Source of the DNA: an uncultured delta proteobacterium
GTDB taxonomy: Bacteria; Desulfobacterota; BSN033; UBA1163
Assembly: GCA_963827685.1 (NCBI GenBank)
Contig: CAWHBU010000003.1
Location: 576,001 to 640,000 of the forward strand
Direction: 5' to 3'
DNA length: 64,000 nucleotides
Positions 9,125 through 18,818 of this stretch are shown piece after piece (the first letter of the stretch is position 1; each line of letters starts with the position of its first letter). Both the position numbers and the translations under genes were made by a program. Under the pieces are notes generated by a model. That model did no database searches, was not told the DNA's origin, and saw only the letters and a list, made by a program, of their open reading frames with translations.

Positions 9125-11119
9125 TCACCTCATCTTCAGCTCCATCTCTTCAAGGTGTTGGATCTTATCGCGGAGTTCTGCCGCACGCTCAAATTCCAAA
9201 TGACTCGCTGCCTCCTTCATCTCCTTCTTCAACTTCTGAATCATCGAAGGAATCTCTTTGATGGGAACATATGGCTCTTCAATGTCGGATACACCGGGAA
9301 TCGCTAAATAGTCTGCCTCATAGATCGAAGCCATAATATTCCGAACCGACTTCTTCACAGTCTGCGGGGTAATTCCGTGAACTCTATTATACTCTTCCTG
9401 GATCTTTCTTCTCCGATTCGTCTCTAAAATCGCCTGATCCATGGATTGGGTCATTTTATCTGCATAGAGAATGACCTGGCCGTTTACATTTCGGGCAGCC
9501 CGGCCGAAAGTCTGGATGAGAGATTTTTCAGACCGTAGAAAACCTTCCTTATCGGCATCCAGAATGGCGACCAAGGAAACCTCCGGAATATCGAGTCCCT
9601 CCCTTAGAAGATTGATCCCGATGAGGACATCGAACTTTCCCAACCGGAGATCTCTGATGATCTCCACCCGATCAAGGGTATCAATATCGGAATGCAGGTA
9701 TTTCACCCGAATCCCAAGATCAGCATAGTATTCGGTCAGATCTTCTGCCATCCGCTTAGTGAGAGTGGTGACAAGAACCCTCTCCTTTCCCTTCACCCGC
9801 TTCTGTATCTCAGCCAACAGATCGTCGACCTGGTTCTTCGCCGGTTTGACATCCAGGAGAGGATCGCTCAAACCAGTCGGACGGATGATCTGTTCTACAA
9901 TCTTTCTGGGGCTCTTCTTCATCTCATATTCACTCGGGGTCGCTGAGACATAGACGACCTGATGGACCCGCTCCTGAAACTCCTCGAACATCAGTGGCCG
10001 GTTGTCCAGCGCGGACGGAAGACGAAATCCATACTCCACCAGCGTTTCTTTCCTGGACCGGTCTCCCCTATACATCCCGATTAGTTGAGGAATGGTCACA
10101 TGGCTTTCGTCAATGAACAAAAGAAAATCCTTTGAATAGTAATCCAGTAGAGTAGGAGGAGGTTCCCCCGGCCTTCTTCCGGTGAGATGGCGGGAATAGT
10201 TTTCAATTCCCTGGCAGTAACCGAGCTCTTGAAGCATCTCTAAGTCGAATTTCGTTCTCTGCTCAAGCCTCTGCGCCTCCAAAAGTTGATTCTGGGATTT
10301 AAACCATTCCAACCTTTCCTTCAGTTCCTCCCGGATGCTCTCAATGGCTTTCTGCAATCGGTCCGGAGGAGTAACGTAATGGCTTCCCGGATAGATAGGT
10401 ACTTTATCTAAACGTTCGACAACTTTTCCTTTTAAAGGATCAATTTCAGAGATGTCCTCCACCTCGTCTCCAAAGAGTTCGATCCGAATCGCCCGGCTTC
10501 CCTCATGGGCAGGGAAGACTTCAATCACATCCCCTCGAACCCGAAAGGTCCCCCGGTGAAAATCGATATCATTCCGCTCATACTGTATCTCCACCAATTT
10601 TGAAAGGATCTCCTCCCTGGAGATGTCCATCCCTCTTTCCAGATAGAGGAGCATTCCATGGTACGCCTCCGGAGATCCTAAACCATAGATACAGGAGACG
10701 CTGGCAACAATGATGACATCGTTTCTTTCAAGAAGGGAGCGGGTGGCGGAGTGTCGCATCTTATCGATTTCTTCATTGATCTGAGTGTCCTTCTCGATAT
10801 AGGTATCGGTGGAGGGGATATAAGCTTCGGGTTGATAATAGTCGTAATAACTGACGAAAAATTCGACAGCATTCTCCGGAAATAGCTCTTTGAACTCACC
10901 GTAAAGCTGGGCGGCCAGAGTCTTGTTATGGGAAATGACCAGAGTGGGCTTCTGAACCTTCTCAATCACATTGGCCATGGTGAAGGTCTTTCCAGACCCG
11001 GTCACCCCCAAGAGGACCTGGTGTGTGGCACCTTCCAGAACACTCTCGCTCAGTGATTCAATGGCCTGAGGCTGATCACCCTTAGGTTGGAATTCGGAGA
11101 CGAGTTTAAATGAGTTCAT
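9125..11119 (-). CDS. uvrB: excinuclease ABC subunit B
   Basis: [33 protein letters not shown]-terminal UVR domain. Confidence 0.98.
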   Translation of the reverse strand: MNSFKLVSEFQPKGDQPQAIESLSESVLEGATHQVLLGVTGSGKTFTMANVIEKVQKPTLVISHNKTLAAQLYGEFKELFPENAVEFFVSYYDYYQPEAYIPSTDTYIEKDTQINEEIDKMRHSATRSLLERNDVIIVASVSCIYGLGSPEAYHGMLLYLERGMDISREEILSKLVEIQYERNDIDFHRGTFRVRGDVIEVFPAHEGSRAIRIELFGDEVEDISEIDPLKGKVVERLDKVPIYPGSHYVTPPDRLQKAIESIREELKERLEWFKSQNQLLEAQRLEQRTKFDLEMLQELGYCQGIENYSRHLTGRRPGEPPPTLLDYYSKDFLLFIDESHVTIPQLIGMYRGDRSRKETLVEYGFRLPSALDNRPLMFEEFQERVHQVVYVSATPSEYEMKKSPRKIVEQIIRPTGLSDPLLDVKPAKNQVDDLLAEIQKRVKGKERVLVTTLTKRMAEDLTEYYADLGIRVKYLHSDIDTLDRVEIIRDLRLGKFDVLIGINLLREGLDIPEVSLVAILDADKEGFLRSEKSLIQTFGRAARNVNGQVILYADKMTQSMDQAILETNRRRKIQEEYNRVHGITPQTVKKSVRNIMASIYEADYLAIPGVSDIEEPYVPIKEIPSMIQKLKKEMKEAASHLEFERAAELRDKIQHLEEMELKMR

Positions 11120-11305
11120 GGGTTAATCTTACAACAAAAAAGGAAAGAGGGGAAAGGCTTTAGTTCGGAGTTGGGAGTGCAGAGTTCGGAGTTTAAGAAA
11201 GGAGAAGCTGAAAAAGGATTTACTATCACAGATAGCTGATGGCAGATGGTTATTTCTCCTTGACGGGTTACATTTTCTAAATGTTTTCTTTTCCTTCAAT
11301 TCTAT

Positions 11306-11614
11306 TTATCGTCTTTCGCGCTCCCAGAGGGCGACCAGATCGCGTGCACCATGGATAAATCCAACGATATATACAGTTTGCCCTGTTACCTGATAAATAA
11401 GGCGATAACTTCTGACGAAAAGCTCCCGGATACTTGGATCATTAAATTCGGGAACTGCCCGCCCTCGCTCCGCAAGATAAGCCAATGATCGTGCAGCATC
11501 TCGTACCTCACGGACAAATGCCCCTGCATAGTGGGGAGAATCCTTGCCAATGTAGTCCGCTATTTCTTCGAGGTCTATCCAGGCGGATTCGGTCCAGGTT
11601 ACTTTCCGAGCCAT
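11306..11614 (-). CDS. type II toxin, RelE/ParE family
   Basis: VTWTESAWIDLEEI..YI, GRAVPEF..RELFVRSYRLIY...IHGARDL. Confidence 0.9.
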   Translation of the reverse strand: MARKVTWTESAWIDLEEIADYIGKDSPHYAGAFVREVRDAARSLAYLAERGRAVPEFNDPSIRELFVRSYRLIYQVTGQTVYIVGFIHGARDLVALWERERR

Positions 11615-11787
11615 TTAGACATCCTTTGCTCCACCTCTTCCTGACTTAGTAAGTGCCCCTCTTGAATATCCTTCAGCCCACGTTCGATCTTCTCCCGAAC
11701 ATATATGTGGTATTGAATGTCCTCGAAAGTCGCATCATCTGGGATCTGGTCAAGCATCCTCCTAACTTCTTCTTTTGCTGTTCTCAT
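11599..11787 (-). CDS. cognate antitoxin
   Basis: 62 aa, AKEEV..LDQIPDDATFEDIQYHIYVREKIERGL, overlaps toxin start. Confidence 0.85.
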   Translation of the reverse strand: MRTAKEEVRRMLDQIPDDATFEDIQYHIYVREKIERGLKDIQEGHLLSQEEVEQRMSKWLGK

Positions 11788-12010
11788 CTTTTTCTCCTAT
11801 TTGAAAGGATGTGGAATAACCTTTTGGTTTGGCGAAGTCGCAACTCAGTCGGGATTTCCCGAAGTGTGTAAACGCCAAAAACTCATATACATTCACCTAA
11901 TAACCTCCCTTTTAACCGAATTATAACAAATATAAGGGCGAAAAAGACATAAATCAAAAACTTGACCTCAAAGCATTCTGGTATCTGCCGTTATGGGCAT
12001 TGAAAGAAAT

Positions 12011-12721
12011 TTACCTTAGAATCGTCAGTCCCAAAAATCTATATTTTCCATCAAAATCAAAAATAACCGGGAAATGCTTCAAATCCTTTCTTTTTATCTC
12101 CCATGGGAATCCACCGTATCTCTTTTTCCCACGCTTTCTGTCCTTATCGCGTAGTCTTATGTGAATAAGATGCTGGTCAATATGACATTCGACGTTATCT
12201 TCTTTTAAGTTAACGATCCTCTCGGCAGCCATATTAATCCCTTTATCGAAGAGGTTCGATTTATAGGAATTATGGACGTCCACATTTACGACAGCACCAT
12301 AAAAATCGATTGTATCATTAACGATCTCCGCATCCTTTTTGGTTTCAAAGGTCTTTTTGGAATTGGGTTTCAACTTCACTCCCAATTTCTTAGGCCCCTT
12401 TTGGGAAAGCAGGATGTAGAAGTCATCGGCCCCTTTGATGTTCCCACATATTCTGCAGGCTTCCTTCTTATCCTTTGTTTTCTTATATCCATCCCAATGC
12501 TTGCACTGCAAGCCTAAGAACTCCCAGGCTATCCCAAGCTGTTGATAGATGCGAAAGAAACGCTGAAATTCTTTTTCGCCCATCTTCTCGCTGTCAAGAA
12601 AATTGTTGCTGACGAAATCCATGCTCTTAAAGAGATCTTTCAGTTGTTTCTTGAGATCTTTTTTATTTTGCCCCAAATCCATTTCTTTCGGTGTCTCCAT
12701 AGAATCATTTATCGATTTCAC
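12011..12721 (-). CDS. hypothetical protein (Lys-rich; CKH...CRICG possible metal site)
   Basis: Long AT-rich ORF with no recognised family; start may be ATG 12700. Confidence 0.6.
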   Translation of the reverse strand: MKSINDSMETPKEMDLGQNKKDLKKQLKDLFKSMDFVSNNFLDSEKMGEKEFQRFFRIYQQLGIAWEFLGLQCKHWDGYKKTKDKKEACRICGNIKGADDFYILLSQKGPKKLGVKLKPNSKKTFETKKDAEIVNDTIDFYGAVVNVDVHNSYKSNLFDKGINMAAERIVNLKEDNVECHIDQHLIHIRLRDKDRKRGKKRYGGFPWEIKRKDLKHFPVIFDFDGKYRFLGLTILR

Positions 12722-12908
12722 TCATTCTGGCAGCATAACTGAGAGCAGCCTCAATGTCCTCTTCAGTTACTTCGTATTCTCGCATAATTTCGTCTTTTGT
12801 CATACCACCTGCAAGCCCTCCGATAATACGAGCAACAGGAACACGAGTCCCCCGAATTACTGGTTTTCCGTGTTGGATTTCTGGGTCTATTACAATTCGC
12901 TCGTTCAT
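12705..12908 (-). CDS. DUF433 family antitoxin-like protein
   Basis: RIVIDPEIQHGKPVIRGTRVPV...EI..EY.VTEEDIEAALSYA. Confidence 0.9.
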   Translation of the reverse strand: MNERIVIDPEIQHGKPVIRGTRVPVARIIGGLAGGMTKDEIMREYEVTEEDIEAALSYAARMSEIDK

Positions 12909-13092
12909 CTTTTCCCTTCTTTTTCTTTTCATCTTAAATCATTCAAAGCTGATTTTACATACATTCAGGGCCAAGAGATCTGCCGCAGTATTTAGAGCAC
13001 GAGCGGTTGGCATATGCGGCACAGACGAAGCCGTTAGGTTTTAGAGCAAGCGCTTGTGGCGTCGTCAGGTGACGGTGTATCGCAAAACGAAC

Positions 13093-13446
13093 CTACGGGT
13101 CTTCATTTATTCTTTTCGCCCTCTTACTTCCAAAAGCGTAAATAGTCCTCGTTCCTTTCTTTGATTCCCCCGAATGCGGAGTCCCCTTGGGAACATGATA
13201 TTCATCGCCTTTTCGTAATATAGTCGTCTCATTATTTATTTTCAGTTTGTACTCGCCCTCAACTACGATGAAGTATTCGTCATAGTCGTGAACGTGTTCT
13301 TTTGAGATCACATCTTCCGTTGAAGTCCAGAAAGCCATCTGGCTTCCGTCAATCCCATCATAAACGTAGCCAACATTTCCAGGTGTCTGAGATTTTGGAT
13401 CAATAGCGTTTAACGGATTTCTCATAAATTCAGGGAAATCACTCAT
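13093..13446 (-). CDS. cupin domain protein
   Basis: EHVHDYDEYF...GDEYHVPKGTPH. Confidence 0.85.
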   Translation of the reverse strand: MSDFPEFMRNPLNAIDPKSQTPGNVGYVYDGIDGSQMAFWTSTEDVISKEHVHDYDEYFIVVEGEYKLKINNETTILRKGDEYHVPKGTPHSGESKKGTRTIYAFGSKRAKRINEDP

Positions 13447-13635
13447 TTCCACCTCCAAAAAGTCTCGCTAAATTTTTGCTAACATTCAAGGCTAAAAGAA
13501 GTGCGATAGCATTTGAATGTAAATCCTTTAGCCTATTGCAATCTGAAGTGGGTAGCAAATTCGTACTTGATTTTATCACAATTAAGTTCTAATATGAAAT
13601 ACGAATAGTAAGAGTAGCTTTTCAAGGAGGAATCT

Positions 13636-13905
13636 ATGCCAATCATAAAATCCATTTCAAGCCTGCGCAACCGAACGAGAGACATAGCCTCCCTGTGCCA
13701 TAAACAAGACGAGCCTGTTTATTTGACAACGAATGGTGAAGGCGATCTTGTTGTTATGAGCATTGAGCATTATGAAAGACTCAAGGCGAGGGTGGAGCTT
13801 TTCGAAAAGCTCGCTGTTGCTCAAGCCCAAGCTGCGGCAGGGGAAAAAGGGTTTACACATACGCAAGTGATGAACAAGCTTAGGAAGCGCTTGCATGGGA
13901 AGTAA
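13636..13905 (+). CDS. Phd/YefM family antitoxin
   Basis: IKSISSLRN...EPVYLTTNGEGDLVVMSIEHYE. Confidence 0.9.
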   Translation: MPIIKSISSLRNRTRDIASLCHKQDEPVYLTTNGEGDLVVMSIEHYERLKARVELFEKLAVAQAQAAAGEKGFTHTQVMNKLRKRLHGK

Positions 13906-14200
13906 GCACACGCTTCGTTACCTTCCTGTTGCCGTTGATGACCTTGTTTCAATATTCGACTGGATCGCAGATGACAGTCCGGCAAATGCCGCAGCGTTTG
14001 TTGAAAAAATCGATCACCGTATCGGCAACCTCAAAACACACCCCTTCCTTGGTCACGTGCCACGTGACGAAAAACTCAAGAATTCAGGTTATCGAATCCT
14101 TGTCATTGACTCCTACCTCGTATTCTACATGATTCGTGCCAAAACCGTTGAAATTCATCGTGTCGTCCACGGCTCCCGGAATCTGGACGATATCGTATAA
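13895..14200 (+). CDS. type II toxin, RelE/ParE family
   Basis: AVDDLVSIFDWIA..L.THPFLG..GYRILVIDSYLVFY..VHGSRN; overlaps antitoxin. Confidence 0.9.
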   Translation: MGSKHTLRYLPVAVDDLVSIFDWIADDSPANAAAFVEKIDHRIGNLKTHPFLGHVPRDEKLKNSGYRILVIDSYLVFYMIRAKTVEIHRVVHGSRNLDDIV

Positions 14201-14260
14201 AACCTCTGTTTATCCGCTTTGCGGCATATTTCGAACAACGCCCCCTGCCCTTGTGCCAAA

Positions 14261-14911
14261 CTACTTCAGTTCTTCCGCAAACCTGGCACCCATCTTAAAG
14301 GCATTTTCGCAATCGATTGGAAATACTTCTCTCCTTACCTTTGCCTTTTTCTCGGGATCGAAACGAGGCGCATACACCTTCGAATAATCCTCAAATTGAG
14401 TCGTGTCGTAACTGCATAGGGTTTCTGAAGCCCCGAAGGCCCTCTCCATAATCATCTCATTCAAAGATATAGGTCTGTCAAAACCGCGCTCTTTTGCCAT
14501 GGCTTCAGGCGCGCCCAGGGTATAGACGAAGGCTGTACGAACCTTTCGGGAAAAGAGACTCACCGGAGGATCGGTATAGGTCATCAGGGGAAAGAAGAGG
14601 CGCTCCATGAAAGACCTCATTTCTCCGGTGACCGTTCCAAAATAGATGGGCGATCCCAGGAAGATGACATCGGCCTCGTTCACTTTTTTCAAAAGCGGCG
14701 CCAGCCCGTCCCGGACGGCACATTTGCCGTAGCTCTTGCCGTCTTTCATCTTACAGGCAAAGCAGCTGATACATCCTTTGTAGTCGAGGTTGTAAAGATG
14801 AACGAAAGCCGTTTTCGCTCCTTCTGATGCCGCACCTTCAAGGGCTTTTTTGAGCAAAGTGGCCGTGTTCCACTTTTTTCTCGGACTCCCGTTCACACCA
14901 ATCGTCTTCAT
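14261..14911 (-). CDS. iron-sulfur flavoprotein / NADPH-dependent FMN reductase family
   Basis: NGSPRKKWNT, CISCFAC, GSPIYFG. Confidence 0.88.
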   Translation of the reverse strand: MKTIGVNGSPRKKWNTATLLKKALEGAASEGAKTAFVHLYNLDYKGCISCFACKMKDGKSYGKCAVRDGLAPLLKKVNEADVIFLGSPIYFGTVTGEMRSFMERLFFPLMTYTDPPVSLFSRKVRTAFVYTLGAPEAMAKERGFDRPISLNEMIMERAFGASETLCSYDTTQFEDYSKVYAPRFDPEKKAKVRREVFPIDCENAFKMGARFAEELK

Positions 14912-15000
14912 ATCTCTACCTCCTCTCCAATCTCTTCCTCAATCTGTCCCGTGTCAGGGGCTGACTCCTCAGCTTCTTGCGAAGTTTCTAAGACTGCTCG

Positions 15001-15705
15001 TTACTCGAGGTGGCTCTTGGCTTCCAATTGCTTGATGAATGAATGTACTGCCTCAATTTCGTAACAAAAGTGTCCTTTGCCTTTTGCGTCTTTAACATCA
15101 ATTCTATTTGGTTGAATTCGCTTGAAACCGGAAATCAATTTTTTCTTAGATTCAGGAAGTTGTTTTTTAAAGAAAGCTTTAAAATTGCCCGATAACAACA
15201 GTTTGGGACTGTTAGGTTGCTTTGTTTGGGATTCAAGTCTCGCCGCCGTATTGATTACGATTCCATAGACGTAATCTTTCTCGGATCGATACACAACACA
15301 ACCCCCACAATGAATACCGATTCCGAAGTCTACAGATAAGCTGTATTTATATTTCTCTCTCAGAGTTTTGTTGTAACTGCTTAGGGTTGATTCTAAATAA
15401 ATATACAGAGGCAGGGCCACTCTCAGACATGTAATTGAATGTACCGGATTCCAAAAGACGCAGAGTTGACCATCTCCAGTATCGTTAAGAGAATACCGAT
15501 CACCAATTCCAAGCGTACCAATTTTAGCACGAATGAAATCCTTAATATTAGTCATTAATGTAATGTGATCTACTAAGGGTTGGCTGAATCCTTTGTTATC
15601 GGTTCGATAACTTAGAAGGCGAATTAATCTTGTGGAATTTCGCAAATCGAATAGAAATGCACTCGACCCATTCTCATAGTTAAGGTATATCAAATCGTAA
15701 TTCAT
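15001..15705 (-). CDS. stand-alone class III nucleotide (adenylate/guanylate-type) cyclase domain protein
   Basis: FDLRNST, TGDG, GIGIHCG, YGIVINTAARLES class III cyclase motifs. Confidence 0.8.
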   Translation of the reverse strand: MNYDLIYLNYENGSSAFLFDLRNSTRLIRLLSYRTDNKGFSQPLVDHITLMTNIKDFIRAKIGTLGIGDRYSLNDTGDGQLCVFWNPVHSITCLRVALPLYIYLESTLSSYNKTLREKYKYSLSVDFGIGIHCGGCVVYRSEKDYVYGIVINTAARLESQTKQPNSPKLLLSGNFKAFFKKQLPESKKKLISGFKRIQPNRIDVKDAKGKGHFCYEIEAVHSFIKQLEAKSHLE

Positions 15706-15747
15706 ATGTATCGTCCTTGTTTATAGGGGGTATTCTGAGATACGTCC

Positions 15748-15815
15748 GCATAACGGGCGTCGCCACAGACGAAGCCGGAAGGGCCTTCAGAGAATGTATT
15801 GTGCTGCTGTTATGT
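15748..15815. repeat. attC-like site
   Basis: GCATAAC...GTTATGT ends, 68 bp; shares the 14-mer CACAGACGAAGCCG with 13020-13033. Confidence 0.55.
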
Positions 15816-15843
15816 ACTGCTTTTGGAAATATCCTTTTCGATC

Positions 15844-15949
15844 ACCTGCTCAATTTGTCGCGTGTCAAGGGTTGACCCCTTGCCTTTTTCGGAAAATATT
15901 CTTTCTAATTACCTGCTCAATTTGTTCCGTGTCAAAGGCTGACCCCTTG
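15844..15949 (+). repeat. two 39-bp direct repeats (third partial copy at 14941-14969)
   Basis: ACCTGCTCAATTTGT(CG/TC)CGTGTCAA(G/A)GG(T/C)TGACCCCTTG at 15844 and 15911, 4 mismatches, internal GTCA..TGAC hairpin. Confidence 0.8.
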
Positions 15950-15974
15950 GCTTCCCAGGTTAATTCTAATGATA

Positions 15975-17690
15975 TTAAAAGAGCTTCAAGATTTCATCAA
16001 TGGTCTGTTTCTGGCTTGTGGTGTAAAAATAGCCTTTACCTCTTTCCAGAGCATCTGCTCCATCTCTGCATATCGGTTCTATCTCTATAGCTTTTTGGTA
16101 GCAGGTTTTTGCCTCCTTAATTTTCTTCTGTCGAAAATAGACTATTGATAGACCAATGTAAGGGTCTACATAATTTTTATCGAGTTTAATGGATGTTTGG
16201 AAATCCTTCATTGCCGATTCATATTTTCCTAACTCAAGATAGGCGAAACCGCGGTCGTTATATCCAGGGGGGACATTGGGTCTTATATCAATTGCTTTAT
16301 TGAAATCTTCAATTGCCCTATCGTATTTACCCATCTTAAAATAAGTGAACCCACGTGACCCATACACCTCAGCAAAATCAGGCTTTATGAGGAGTGCTTC
16401 CCTGAATGCTTGCATCGCTTCTTCATAACGATCGAATCTGCCATAAGCCGAACCCAAAAGACGGTGTGCCTCAGCGAAACCTGGCTTTATCCGAATTGCT
16501 TCTTTTGCAGCGTCTATTGCTTCTTGGTAATTACCAAGCATGCCATAAGTTCTGCTTAGGAGGCAGTAAGCCTCAACCCAATCGGGTTTAATACGGATTG
16601 TTTCCTTAAAGGCTTCGAGGGCTTCATGGCGACGACCAATCATAACATAGACAATACCCAAATCTAAGTGTGCCCTTGCCTCACTCGGTTTTATACGGAT
16701 CCCCTCCTTGAAAGCCTCTATCGCCTCCTGGTAACGACGAAGTCTGCCATATACCGATCCTAGGGCGAAGTATGCCTCAGCAATATCAGGTTTTAATTCA
16801 ACTACCCGTTTGAAATATTCAGCCGCCTCCTGGTTACGAGCAAGCTTACTATAACACTGACCTATCCACCAATAGGCTTCATAGTACTCTGGGTTCTTCT
16901 TCACTGCTCTCTTAAGATAAGTAAGAGCCTCCTCATAATCTTCTGTGTTGAAAAGGCGAATTCCTTTGGAGTTAAGCTCTGCTGCGGAGGCGAGCCACTC
17001 CTCTTCTCTTTGTGCCTCCCAACTAGCGATACTCTTCTCTTTACCTGGCTTAAGTTTTGTCACCCTTTCACCCGGAATTGCGAAATTTAGGTTTTGACCA
17101 CCTTCAAACAAAAACGTTGAAACTCCAATAACCTCTCCTTTGATATTGACGACAGGGCCGCCACTTGAACCTGGGGATATAGGAGCCGAGATCTGAAGAA
17201 CTTTCCCTCCAACTCCAAGAGATTTACGAATAGCCGAGACAATGCCGTCAGTAACTGTCCGCTCAAGCCCTAATGGACTACCAATTACGATTACACGTTC
17301 AGCAATTTCGGGAAAGGAAGCGCTTACCGTCAAAGGTATTACAACATTCCGAGGGGCATCTGTTGAGACTCTGATAAGATCACCATCTTCATCCTCCCCG
17401 ACTACCTTTTTAACATTAAAAACCCTTCCACCTGCTATTTTAATCTCAGCACGGTATGCTCCTTCAAGCACATGGCGATTAGTGATGACATGACCGTCTT
17501 CATTGATCCAAAAACCGCTTCCTAGACCAAGAGCTTCTCCTGTTTTCTTATAGGTTATAACTGTAACAACAGATGGCTGAATCTTTTTGACAATGGTTAT
17601 CAAATTTTCCTGTGACAGTAATGGGGCAGAAAGCACAATACACAAAAGAAATACAATCCAAGGTATCAGAAAAGACCTAAATATTTTCAT
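15975..17690 (-). CDS. exported trypsin-like serine protease with TPR array
   Basis: Signal peptide, GSGF, TNRHV, ISPGSSGGP catalytic Ser, about 9 TPR repeats. Confidence 0.9.
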   Translation of the reverse strand: MKIFRSFLIPWIVFLLCIVLSAPLLSQENLITIVKKIQPSVVTVITYKKTGEALGLGSGFWINEDGHVITNRHVLEGAYRAEIKIAGGRVFNVKKVVGEDEDGDLIRVSTDAPRNVVIPLTVSASFPEIAERVIVIGSPLGLERTVTDGIVSAIRKSLGVGGKVLQISAPISPGSSGGPVVNIKGEVIGVSTFLFEGGQNLNFAIPGERVTKLKPGKEKSIASWEAQREEEWLASAAELNSKGIRLFNTEDYEEALTYLKRAVKKNPEYYEAYWWIGQCYSKLARNQEAAEYFKRVVELKPDIAEAYFALGSVYGRLRRYQEAIEAFKEGIRIKPSEARAHLDLGIVYVMIGRRHEALEAFKETIRIKPDWVEAYCLLSRTYGMLGNYQEAIDAAKEAIRIKPGFAEAHRLLGSAYGRFDRYEEAMQAFREALLIKPDFAEVYGSRGFTYFKMGKYDRAIEDFNKAIDIRPNVPPGYNDRGFAYLELGKYESAMKDFQTSIKLDKNYVDPYIGLSIVYFRQKKIKEAKTCYQKAIEIEPICRDGADALERGKGYFYTTSQKQTIDEILKLF

Positions 17691-17792
17691 TTTTTACCTC
17701 CTTTATCGCCCGCTTCTTAGTATTTACTATAAAGATAACGTTGAACTCTTACGTGGACAGTTAACACAAGTATACGATGTTACTTAACCCCC

Positions 17793-18518
17793 CTATTTCT
17801 TCCCTTCAATCAATTTCTCGGCGCTCCTTTTCCATTCCTCGTCCAAACTCTGATTTACTGAAATATAATCCCTAACTTTTTTGACAAGCATTTCTTGAGA
17901 GGGATGTTCAACACCAATTACATCAAGTATTTCCTTAGTCAATTTAGTCCTTGAACGAACCCAATCAATTTCTAGATGGTCTTTATGCTGGTAAATAACA
18001 ATTACATTATTCTTCAGAATATCCTCTATGTTACTTTCCATCTTAGTATCCAATAGTAATCGAGGCCCTTTAGGATTTAACATCGATAACTTATGCGCGT
18101 TTATTAATGCATCTCCCAAGACTGGATTAATTGTCATAATACCTCTGCCAAGAGGTACGCTTCCATCTTTTAGATTATCTGTAATCTCTCTTTGATAACA
18201 GCTAACAACATCCGCGATTTCACCTTGAGAAATTGCGACTCTTGCAAATCCATCTTTAGAAGTTAAAGATTGCATTAGTGCAATAGCAACTGAAATGGGC
18301 CTTTCTAAAGTGGTATCTCCTATGTAAGGACAGACTATAAAACCATCACCAAATTGGTAAATGAACAATCTGCTCTCATCATCTGGATACATTTTTGTTC
18401 CTATCTTGTACAAATCTAACATCAGGAAAGAAAGTAATCTCAAAGCCTTGTCTCCCTGACCCGAAAAATAATAATAACTAAATCCTTCCAAATCAATCCA
18501 CAATGACCATTTCTTCAT
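17793..18518 (-). CDS. divergent nucleotide cyclase-like protein
   Basis: IDLEGFS, QFGDGF, RVAISQGE, GDALINAH follow the order of class III cyclase-fold motifs. Confidence 0.55.
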   Translation of the reverse strand: MKKWSLWIDLEGFSYYYFSGQGDKALRLLSFLMLDLYKIGTKMYPDDESRLFIYQFGDGFIVCPYIGDTTLERPISVAIALMQSLTSKDGFARVAISQGEIADVVSCYQREITDNLKDGSVPLGRGIMTINPVLGDALINAHKLSMLNPKGPRLLLDTKMESNIEDILKNNVIVIYQHKDHLEIDWVRSRTKLTKEILDVIGVEHPSQEMLVKKVRDYISVNQSLDEEWKRSAEKLIEGKK

Positions 18519-18659
18519 ATCAATGCCTCTAAACGCATAAAACTTATAAGGAATGAAAACAGAAATTTGGACAACCCAAAAATATCACAACTGCAAAATA
18601 TTTCAATTGTTTTTTGTAGGGGAAAGGATAGGAGGTTTTGAAATCAAATTCTACTTTGT

Positions 18660-18818
18660 CTAAGAACTTTTTTCTTGTTTTGCGGGGACGGCAGGTTCTT
18701 CAATTTTGTTGTTATTAACATCTTCGGGTTTCAACTTCTTCTGCACGCCGGAGGCGTAGACAATGATTGCTGCCTCTCCATCGACAGGGCACTTGTTTTC
18801 ACAGGGGGGTACTCTCAT
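18660..18818 (-). pseudogene. remnant of a 4Fe-4S dicluster protein downstream of DUF362
   Basis: 52-aa ORF MRVPPCENKCPVDGEAAIIVY...; only the last half-motif CxxxCP remains; ATG overlaps the DUF362 stop. Confidence 0.6.

Noticed and set aside
15001-15705. Canonical Pycsar system
   Set aside because: No adjacent PycTM/PycTIR effector and no evident AGS-C extension; kept only as a cyclase finding
15844-15949. Possible mini CRISPR array (39-bp repeats, 28-nt spacer)
   Set aside because: Only two imperfect copies plus a distant partial one, and no cas genes; fits a REP-like repeat better
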